Shown here piece after piece: positions 25,968 to 32,802 of a stretch of 32,802 bases of DNA (position 1 is its first letter; each line of letters opens with the position of its first letter). A program made the position numbers and the translations under genes. The notes under the pieces are model-generated. The model had not been told where the DNA came from. It saw nothing but the letters and a program-made list of their open reading frames with translations, and did not search any database. Source of the stretch: an uncultured Terriglobus sp. (lineage in GTDB: Bacteria > Acidobacteriota > Terriglobia > Terriglobales > Acidobacteriaceae); assembly GCA_937859825.1 (NCBI GenBank), contig CALMAP010000021.1, forward strand, positions 3,942-36,743, in the 5' to 3' direction.

Positions 25968-26852
25968 TTAAGGCGCAATGATTGTTTGCGCGGTAACGCA
26001 AATGCCTGCGGCATCCGCCGCGGCACGCAGGCCGGCTTCGTCGAAGATCAGCGTGCGGCCGGCTTCAACGGCGAGACAGGTGGCCCCTGCCTTCTGCATC
26101 GTCGCGACGGTGGGAACGCCGATTACGGGCACATCGAAGCGCATGTCCTGCTTCGGTTTCGCGACCTTCACGACGGTCAGACTGCGTTCGAGCGTCGAGG
26201 CAGAGTCGTCCAGCGTTCGCAGCAGTTCGCCCGCCCGAAGGATGGTTGCGTCGGTGCCTTCCATGGCCTCGACCGCGACACACGCACCAGCGGCGACCAC
26301 AACGGTCTGCCCCAGGTCGAAGCCTGCGACGCCGCGCGCGACGCTGAGGCCGTAAGCGATGTCTGCCTGCTCCTGCTCAGTGGGCACACGGGCAGTCAGT
26401 GTGCCGGGCCGAGCCAGCAGCGGCTCCAGGTAAGCGGTGGACGAGATAAGCTCGATCCCCTCGTCGCCCAGCACCTTCGCAACCGCGCCCAGCAGCATGT
26501 CCGTGGACCGGGTGCGTAGGCTCATCAGCAGTTTGGCCAGCCGCCAGTCTGGCCGGATGGAGGAAAAGATCTGCTTGTGCTTGACCTGCCCGGCCATCAC
26601 GGCGCGGGAGACACCCTCACGCTGAAAAGTGTCGATGAGCTTCGAGAGTTCGCCCAGCGAAAGCCAGTGCACGCGGATGCCGGGGTCAGCGGCCGCGCGG
26701 ACGTTCATCTCCGGGTCGGTCTCTTCCTTGATGGCGGCAACAACGACCGTCAGGCCGCGTGCTCGCGCTGCGTCCAGCAGGAGGAAAGGGAAGCGGCCGT
26801 TGCCGGCAATCAGGCCTAGGTTGGATGTTTCAGGCGATAAAGTCGATGTCAT
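25968..26852 (-). CDS. lpxI: UDP-2,3-diacylglucosamine diphosphatase LpxI
   Basis: LGLIAGNGRFP, DLGQTVVV, AVEAMEGTDATI, KPKQDMRFDVPVIG; downstream of fabZ-lpxA. Confidence 0.92.
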   Translation of the reverse strand: MTSTLSPETSNLGLIAGNGRFPFLLLDAARARGLTVVVAAIKEETDPEMNVRAAADPGIRVHWLSLGELSKLIDTFQREGVSRAVMAGQVKHKQIFSSIRPDWRLAKLLMSLRTRSTDMLLGAVAKVLGDEGIELISSTAYLEPLLARPGTLTARVPTEQEQADIAYGLSVARGVAGFDLGQTVVVAAGACVAVEAMEGTDATILRAGELLRTLDDSASTLERSLTVVKVAKPKQDMRFDVPVIGVPTVATMQKAGATCLAVEAGRTLIFDEAGLRAAADAAGICVTAQTIIAP

Positions 26853-27171
26853 GCTTATCAATCAGGGTGAGTAGCTTCATCGCGGACCCGCTGGGTTTCT
26901 TTTCGCCACGTTCCCACTGAGAGATAAGGTTCCTAGACAAACCGAGATACCGGGCGAACACTCCCTGACTGACTTCTTCCCGTCTGCGCAAAGACTCGAT
27001 TTCCGAGGGTGTGTAGTGCTTTACGGGCGTGAGGCAGGTTTCATCGAATTCACGAAGAGTGGTCTTGCTCATCACGCCTGCCTGGGTGAAACCTTCAGCA
27101 GTCCGGTGCACCACCGCAGAGATGTTACTGGCGTACGTCTTTCGGATTTTCGCAGATCTGGCGGATTTCAC
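26830..27171 (-). CDS. XRE-family HTH antitoxin (HigA-like)
   Basis: TLREFDETCL, EIESLRRREEVSQGVFARYL, SQWERGEKKPSG; overlaps the toxin 3' end; start uncertain (GTG 27171). Confidence 0.85.
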   Translation of the reverse strand: MKSARSAKIRKTYASNISAVVHRTAEGFTQAGVMSKTTLREFDETCLTPVKHYTPSEIESLRRREEVSQGVFARYLGLSRNLISQWERGEKKPSGSAMKLLTLIDKHDIDFIA

Positions 27172-27541
27172 CGGCTTCAATAAGGCTGCGGAGCTTCTGA
27201 TCGTCATAGCGAAACACATCCTTTGCGAGTTGTCGAAAGCGCAGAAGGTCTGAGCGAGTGATGTTGGCCTGTTCGTTCTTTGCGAAGCCATACACAAAGA
27301 AGGCGAGGTGTTCTACGCGGAAGAGAACGATTGTGCGAAAGCCGCCCGACTTTCCCAATCCAGTTCTGGCGACTCGCTGCTTGAATACGCCACCGCCCAG
27401 GTCTGCGTCAATCGCACCAACCACAAGGCGCTGTACCGCATTGCACAAATCCTGATCTGCAATGCCGGCTTTGCTCTGAAACTTCGTGAACCAGTTGCTT
27501 GCAAAAACGTGCGGCTGAACGTTCTGCGGTTCGGATGCCAT
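27125..27541 (-). CDS. Type II toxin, RelE/ParE (HigB-like) family
   Basis: WFTKF, IDADLGGGVFKQRVAR, GKSGGFRTI, FVYGFAKNE motifs; toxin-first gene order. Confidence 0.88.
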   Translation of the reverse strand: MASEPQNVQPHVFASNWFTKFQSKAGIADQDLCNAVQRLVVGAIDADLGGGVFKQRVARTGLGKSGGFRTIVLFRVEHLAFFVYGFAKNEQANITRSDLLRFRQLAKDVFRYDDQKLRSLIEAGEIRQICENPKDVRQ

Positions 27542-27594
27542 GCTCTTGACCTTGAGAATGAATTGGCCGAACCGGGCTGCTTGAATCTGCACAA

Positions 27595-27615
27595 ACTATA
27601 ACACCGAGTGGTACT
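27595..27615 (-). promoter_or_regulatory. Extended -10 promoter and imperfect palindromic operator of the TA module
   Basis: Minus strand TGTTATAGT (TGn-TATAGT) overlapping the imperfect palindrome TACCAC-TCG-GTGTTA. Confidence 0.5.
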
Positions 27616-27622
27616 GCGCAGA

Positions 27623-28408
27623 CTACTTGATCACGCCGCGCTCGCTCTTCGCAATGAACTCGGCCAGGTAGCCGACGCGCTCGCCGAACTCGCCCGTGGC
27701 GACCTTTTCGCGGATCGCTTCCAGGGCCTGCGTGGTGTTGAGTTTGCTTACCTGCAGCAGGCGGTAGGCGCTGCGGAGCTGTTTCAACTCATTCGGGGTG
27801 AAGCCGCGGCGCTCGAGGCCGACCTTGTTCAGGCCGAAGGCGCGGTTTTCGCGCCGTACGCTGGTCAGGCTGTAGGGCAGCACGTCCTGCGTGATGGTGG
27901 TGCCGCCGCCGATGTAGCTGTAGGCGCCGATGGTGCAGTACTGGTGCACCGGGTTGAGGGCGCCAACCACGGCATAGTCCTCCACGGTCACGTGGCCGGC
28001 GAGCGTGGCGGCATTGGCCAGGATGCAGCCGTTGCCGATGCGGCTGTCGTGTCCGATGTGTACGTAGGCCATGATCAGGCAGTCGTCGCCCACGCGGGTT
28101 TCGCCGCCGCCGCCTACCGTGCCGCGCGAGATGGTCACGGACTCGCGGATAACGTTGCGCGCGCCGATGGTGAGGCGCGTCGGCTCCTGCCTGTACTTCA
28201 AGTCCTGCGGCTCGATGCCGAGCGAGGTGAACGGGAAAACGCGGTTATCGTCGCCTATTTTCAGCTGGCCGTTCAATACAACGTGGCTGACCAGTTCGCA
28301 ATTCTCGCCAAGCACGACATTTGGGCCGATGATGCAGAACGGGCCGACCGTGCAGCTCTCGGGAATGATCGCGCCTTCTGCAACGATCGCTGAGGGGTGC
28401 ACCGCCAC
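27623..28408 (-). CDS. lpxA: Acyl-ACP--UDP-N-acetylglucosamine O-acyltransferase
   Basis: Hexapeptide repeats, PQDLKY, IRESVTISRGT, MAYVHIGHD, LAGHV, GLNKVGLERRGF. Confidence 0.97.
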   Translation of the reverse strand: MAVHPSAIVAEGAIIPESCTVGPFCIIGPNVVLGENCELVSHVVLNGQLKIGDDNRVFPFTSLGIEPQDLKYRQEPTRLTIGARNVIRESVTISRGTVGGGGETRVGDDCLIMAYVHIGHDSRIGNGCILANAATLAGHVTVEDYAVVGALNPVHQYCTIGAYSYIGGGTTITQDVLPYSLTSVRRENRAFGLNKVGLERRGFTPNELKQLRSAYRLLQVSKLNTTQALEAIREKVATGEFGERVGYLAEFIAKSERGVIK

Positions 28409-28410
28409 GG

Positions 28411-29067
28411 CTAGACCGCCGCCTCAGGCAGGGCGTTCGAATCGGAGAGCGGGTCGGGCTGGCAGGCGTCGCCCTGCTTCGCGAGTGGGGCAGAAGCTGC
28501 GGCGAGCGCGGCTTTGGAACCCAGGTTAGCCTGCGGCGAACCTGGAGCACCCGCACCTGTGGAACTACCCGAAGCACTAGCTGTTAGCGTTGGCGCGGGA
28601 TTGCCTGGACGCGGGACGAGCTGGCACATTACGGTCGCCTCGCAGGCCACCTTGCCGTCTACCGTGGCCACGCCGCGCATCTTTACGGCGGTTGTGCGCC
28701 AGTTAAGCACTGTCACCTCAATGCGCAACTGGTCGCCCGGCGTAACGGGCTTGCGAAACTTCGCGCTGTCGATGCCGGTAAAGACCATCAGCTTGCCTTC
28801 GCGGTCGGGAATTTCACTCAGCAGAAGCGCGCCGCCAGCCTGCGCGATGGCCTCGATGATGAGCACGCCGGGCATCAGGGGAAAGTCCGGGAAGTGCCCC
28901 TGGAAGTGCGGCTCGTTGGCCGTCACGTTCTTGAGGCAGACGATGCGTTGCTTCGGCTCAACCTCGAGCACGCGGTCGATCAGCAGAAACGGATAGCGGT
29001 GCGGCAGCAGGCGCATGATCTGCTGAATATCGAACGGCGCTTGCGGAGTCTGACTGGCTTCTGGCAT
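28411..29067 (-). CDS. fabZ: 3-hydroxyacyl-ACP dehydratase FabZ with a long C-terminal extension
   Basis: LPHRYPFLLIDRV, KNVTANEPHFQGHFP, MPGVLIIEAIAQ, FRKPVTPGD. Confidence 0.96.
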   Translation of the reverse strand: MPEASQTPQAPFDIQQIMRLLPHRYPFLLIDRVLEVEPKQRIVCLKNVTANEPHFQGHFPDFPLMPGVLIIEAIAQAGGALLLSEIPDREGKLMVFTGIDSAKFRKPVTPGDQLRIEVTVLNWRTTAVKMRGVATVDGKVACEATVMCQLVPRPGNPAPTLTASASGSSTGAGAPGSPQANLGSKAALAAASAPLAKQGDACQPDPLSDSNALPEAAV

Positions 29068-29132
29068 GGCTCAGGAAAGTATAGAAGAGCCACAAGTTCG
29101 GCGTGAACGCGCGATGTGTTTGAATCCTCCCT

Positions 29133-29900
29133 ATGAAGATTGCCAGTTGGAATGTGAACTCGATCCGCGCGCGCATGCCCATTCTGCGGGCGTGGGGGCA
29201 GGGGGTGCCGCCGGGCGGGCTGATGCTGGCGGAGTTTCAGGGCCTCGCATTTACCACGGACCCACTGCGCGAACTCGGCTACCACTCCGTCGCCGTGACG
29301 CAGAAGAGCTACAACGGCGTGGCCGTGCTGTCGCGCGAGCCGATCGAGGTGCTAACCACCACGCTTGCAGGCGACGTGGAAGACAGCCACGCGCGCTTTC
29401 TTGAGGTGCTTGTCTCCGACATCCGTATGGTGGCCATCTACCTGCCGAACGGCAATCCCATCGGCACGGAAAAGTTCGAGTACAAGATGCGCTGGATGGA
29501 CCGCCTGCTCGCGGAGATGCGCGTGTGGATTGCCGACAGCACGCCCACGCTCATCGGCGGCGACTTCAACGTTATCCCCACGGACATCGACTGCCACAAG
29601 CCCGCAAGCTGGGTGAAGGACGCGCTCTTCCAGCCCGAAACCAAAGCCCGCTACGCACAAATGCTAGCAATGGGCTACGTGGACGCCTTCCGCTCGCTCC
29701 ACCCGGACCAGGGCGGTCTCTTCACCTACTGGGACTACTTCCGCAACGCCTTCGAGACCAACCGAGGCATCCGCATCGACCACTTCCTGATCTCACCCGC
29801 GCTGGTGCCCAGGCTGGCAGGATGCGTGATCGACCGCGCACCGCGCGTGCTGGAGAAGCCAAGCGACCACACGCCAATTGTGATGGAGTTACGGGATTGA
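29133..29900 (+). CDS. xth: Exodeoxyribonuclease III
   Basis: MKIASWNVNSIRAR, YNGVA, YLPNGN, GDFNV, GIRIDH, PSDHTP; the region around the QE motif is aberrant. Confidence 0.93.
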   Translation: MKIASWNVNSIRARMPILRAWGQGVPPGGLMLAEFQGLAFTTDPLRELGYHSVAVTQKSYNGVAVLSREPIEVLTTTLAGDVEDSHARFLEVLVSDIRMVAIYLPNGNPIGTEKFEYKMRWMDRLLAEMRVWIADSTPTLIGGDFNVIPTDIDCHKPASWVKDALFQPETKARYAQMLAMGYVDAFRSLHPDQGGLFTYWDYFRNAFETNRGIRIDHFLISPALVPRLAGCVIDRAPRVLEKPSDHTPIVMELRD

Positions 29901-30018
29901 GCTGGTTGAAACGGTCTCTGTAGTAGAGAGACAAGCCGACTTGTCGATGCTCACGTCGCATAACGAGTGCTAAAACAGCCCACTTAGCGCCGAGACTATC
30001 ATTCCGTGATGGCGAGTG

Positions 30019-30135
30019 CGGGTGGCCCATACATCGCGGCTTTATGCGATGTGTGGGTTCTGCATGCGAATATCAGCTTTTGTGGTTGGGACAATGCCAT
30101 CCCGCACATTGCAAAGCGCAATATACGGGGACCCG
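30019..30135. repeat. Degenerate REP-like inverted element (GGGTG.CCCA type)
   Basis: CGGGTGGCCCATACATCGC...GCGATGTGTGGG left arm and CCCGCACATTGC...GCAATATACGGGGACCCG right arm; each arm is self-palindromic. Confidence 0.55.
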
Positions 30136-30190
30136 GCTTCTGTGACTGTGGTTTGCCTGTAAGTGTTCTCTTGCCTTAGAGAAGGTGCTG

Positions 30191-30574
30191 ATGATGGAAC
30201 GTATTTGGAAATGCGTGGTGACGGCGGGCATTCTGTGTTTGTTTGTCGGTATAGGAGCGTTCCTTCTTGACCTTGCAAGCCGATTCAATTTTGTCTTCAT
30301 CCAAGGCAGGTACGAAGTCTTCGGATGGGCGGCCATTCTAGGCGTTGTGATGACATCTGCCGGACTTGTTGGATGGGCAAGGCATATACCGAGGCAAGAG
30401 CGATCTTCCATGATTGGCTATGTAGTTCTGTTTCCTTGTATTGTCGGGTTTGTGTGCTACGTCATAGATGGTTGGAACATCCACGGGACAGCGGGTATCG
30501 CTATGGCACTTCTTCTCGCGGCTCTTTTTTTATGCCTTGTGCTTCTGATCCTGCCGCCAGGTCAGCTTCGATAA
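30191..30574 (+). CDS. Hypothetical membrane protein (about 4 TM helices)
   Basis: GAAGGTG SD; four hydrophobic segments; visibly more T-rich than its neighbours. Confidence 0.55.
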   Translation: MMERIWKCVVTAGILCLFVGIGAFLLDLASRFNFVFIQGRYEVFGWAAILGVVMTSAGLVGWARHIPRQERSSMIGYVVLFPCIVGFVCYVIDGWNIHGTAGIAMALLLAALFLCLVLLILPPGQLR

Positions 30575-30630
30575 ATTTTGTCGAAGGACGCCCAAACGTA
30601 ATACACAGGCTCAATCTGAAAGGAAACTAT

Positions 30631-31152
30631 ATGGTCTGTCTCGCAAAAGCTCTCACCTGTGGAATGTTCGTCGTTAGCACTGCCGCATTCGCGCAGCAAC
30701 CGGTCACTCCCGCCGCCGAGGCGCTGGCCGCGTACAAGCGCATCATGCCCAACGTAATCAAGGCGGCGGAGAAGATGCCTGCGGAGAGCTACACCTTTAA
30801 GCCGACGCTGGACATCCGCTCCTTCGCGCGCGTGGTGAACCACGTGACGGAAGCGCAGTTTCATACCTGCACCACGCTCAACGGCACCGCGTTCGATCCG
30901 AAGTCGGTGCCGTCCGATACGGCGGACAAGGACACCGTCCTCGCCGGCCTGAAGGCGAGCTTCGCCGAGTGCGACAGGGCCTACGGCGCGCTTACGCCGG
31001 AGAACTACGCCGAGGTGATCGCCACAGGCACGGCGAAGCGCACGCGCGTGGGCATGGCCTTTGGCAACATCTCGCATGACAACGAGCAGTATGCGGAACT
31101 CTCGACCTACCTGCGGCTCAAGGGACTGGTGCCGCCCACAAGCGAGAAGTAG
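30631..31152 (+). CDS. Secreted DinB-superfamily protein
   Basis: AAAGGA SD; signal peptide ending AFA-Q; AAEKMPAESYTFKPT, RSFA..VNHV, HDNEQY..L..YLRLKG.VPP. Confidence 0.85.
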   Translation: MVCLAKALTCGMFVVSTAAFAQQPVTPAAEALAAYKRIMPNVIKAAEKMPAESYTFKPTLDIRSFARVVNHVTEAQFHTCTTLNGTAFDPKSVPSDTADKDTVLAGLKASFAECDRAYGALTPENYAEVIATGTAKRTRVGMAFGNISHDNEQYAELSTYLRLKGLVPPTSEK

Positions 31153-31278
31153 AGAGGTATCGCGGACAGGCCGTTGCTTTCCCTTTCATCACCTGTTCCA
31201 GCCCCGTAACGCCCATTGTGCCTCGTTGGACAAGCGTTGTTGTGCCCGTACTTGGCATGATGCGAAGATTAGGCACTC

Positions 31279-32175
31279 ATGCTGAATCGCCGAAGCTTTC
31301 TGCAGACTGCCGCCGCACTGACCGTGATGTCCGCCATGCCCGCTCGGGCCAATGCGGGGCTGCCGATTCGCACGGCGGTCGAATACAACATGCTGCCTGA
31401 GGGCCTCACGATCTTGCAGCGTTTTCAGCTTGCAAAAGACTGCGGCTATGAGCAGATTGAATGTCCCACCACGCCGGACCAGGCTGCCGCGGAGGAAATG
31501 AAGAGTGCCTCTGACACAGTTGGGCTGCCAATCCACTCCGTGATGAACATGGACCACTGGAAGTATCCCTTCAGCTCTCCCGATCCCGCAGTGGTTGAGA
31601 AGAGCCTCGAAGGTGCGCGCACCTCCATCCACAATGCGCATCTTTGGGGAGCATCGACCGTTCTGCTGGTGCCGGCCGTGGTGAATGCCCAGGTTTCGTA
31701 CAAGGACGCATATGCACGTTCGCAGGCGGCAATCCGGCGGCTGCTTCCCCTTTCCGAGAAGATGAAGATCGTGCTCGCCCTGGAAGAGGTCTGGAACAAG
31801 TTTCTTCTCAGTCCGCTGGAGTTTGCGCGCTATCTCGACGAGTTCAACTCGCCACGCATACGCGCCTATTTCGACGTGGGTAACGTTGTGCTTTACGGCT
31901 ACCCGCAGGACTGGATTCGCATCCTCGGCAATCGCATCGTCAAGCTGCACATCAAGGACTTCTCGTTTCAGCGGGATAAAGTCAGCGGCGACACGGTGGC
32001 GCGCTGGGTCGGTCTCGGCGAGGGCGATATCGACTGGACGGCCGTTCACGCAGCGCTTGCAGGGATTGGCTATCACGGCACCGCTACGCTCGAGCTAAAC
32101 TCCGGCAATGCGGTCTACCTGAAGGAGCAGCGGCGCCGCTTTGGCCGTATCCTGGCAGGCGAAGCGCCTAAGTAA
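31279..32175 (+). CDS. Tat-exported sugar phosphate isomerase/epimerase (xylose-isomerase-like TIM barrel)
   Basis: NRRSFL twin-arginine signal; LEEVWNKFLLSP, YFDVGN, LHIKDF, GEGDIDW, LE. Confidence 0.88.
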   Translation: MLNRRSFLQTAAALTVMSAMPARANAGLPIRTAVEYNMLPEGLTILQRFQLAKDCGYEQIECPTTPDQAAAEEMKSASDTVGLPIHSVMNMDHWKYPFSSPDPAVVEKSLEGARTSIHNAHLWGASTVLLVPAVVNAQVSYKDAYARSQAAIRRLLPLSEKMKIVLALEEVWNKFLLSPLEFARYLDEFNSPRIRAYFDVGNVVLYGYPQDWIRILGNRIVKLHIKDFSFQRDKVSGDTVARWVGLGEGDIDWTAVHAALAGIGYHGTATLELNSGNAVYLKEQRRRFGRILAGEAPK

Positions 32176-32229
32176 GCCTGTAAATTGCTATGCAAGGGCA
32201 CGTGGACGCAGATTCGGTGTCTAACGGAC

Positions 32230-32640
32230 ATGCAGTTCCTCTTCGCGTGCCTTTTCCTATTCACTTCCACCATTGTGGGGCAAAGCCTGGGGTTGGAGAG
32301 TCGTCCGGTCCGGCACTTTGAAGTGAACAAAGCATCGAGGCTCGCCGCGGTCGCATACCTTGGCTCTCTCACTGACACAAGCGTCCTGGTGGAAATGATT
32401 GACCTGGGCCAGTGGCAATCGGCTGTATCGCTGACTGCTGACGGCGCTGCTCTGGGTGCGATCGCAAAGCGTATTCTCCCGCCTGGCTACGCGTTCCGGA
32501 GCGAGGGTGCGCTGCTCCTTATCTTTCCGGAAACAGGGCCGCGAGACGCTGTTGCAAGAATGAAGCTGGGGCACTTTCGATTTCATACGGACGGCCTCTC
32601 GGCCTTGCTGCCTTACATCGGTTCCGGGTGCGCGAGGTGA
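32230..32640 (+). CDS. Hypothetical secreted protein, possibly frameshifted and continuing past the window end
   Basis: Hydrophobic N-terminus MQFLFACLFLFTST; a second frame open from about 32628 to the edge reads VREVTGCHPRGYAWAGPPMSLAIPPIDVRDATLE. Confidence 0.45.
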   Translation: MQFLFACLFLFTSTIVGQSLGLESRPVRHFEVNKASRLAAVAYLGSLTDTSVLVEMIDLGQWQSAVSLTADGAALGAIAKRILPPGYAFRSEGALLLIFPETGPRDAVARMKLGHFRFHTDGLSALLPYIGSGCAR

Positions 32641-32802
32641 CGGGGTGCCATCCGCGGGGCTATGCATGGGCTGGTCCGCCGATGTCGCTTGCGATTCCGC
32701 CGATCGACGTGCGTGATGCGACGCTCGAGAAATTGCGGTCCGCGTTGCGGGCGCGCCGGAGCCCACCATGTGGATCATTCGCCACACTGCTGAGACAAGG
32801 GG

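Overview
GC-rich bacterial chromosomal window, most likely from an Acidobacteriaceae (Terriglobus/Granulicella-like) genome. This lineage call is an inference from the Acidobacteria-type VWA protein, the duplicated (ADOP-type) permease and the style of the intergenic repeats. It is mostly housekeeping and stress genes: a molybdopterin oxidoreductase, dps, glyA, a disulfide oxidoreductase, a site-2 protease, a Tat phosphoesterase, a spore-photoproduct-lyase-like radical SAM enzyme, RNase P RNA, a LysM lytic transglycosylase, bcp, fabZ-lpxA-lpxI and xth. The less ordinary elements are: (1) an apparent small-protein operon at 21005-21472 (-) with two gap-free-aligning 30-aa hydrophobic paralogs ending in DAA plus a 61-aa ORF; (2) a protein with an acidic tract and a histone-H1-like tail that has a possible nested in-frame start; (3) a recurring GCATCnnAT promoter-like motif upstream of stress genes; (4) a structured intergenic region upstream of glyA; (5) a decayed islet of two small two-gene modules after glyA; (6) a RelE/XRE toxin-antitoxin pair between lpxA and lpxI; (7) a sigma54 promoter with tandem enhancer palindromes, and a PmrA/QseB-like box; (8) several REP-like inverted repeats. 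Family names come from motif recognition only; no database search was run. A few odd substitutions at conserved residues may be base-call errors.
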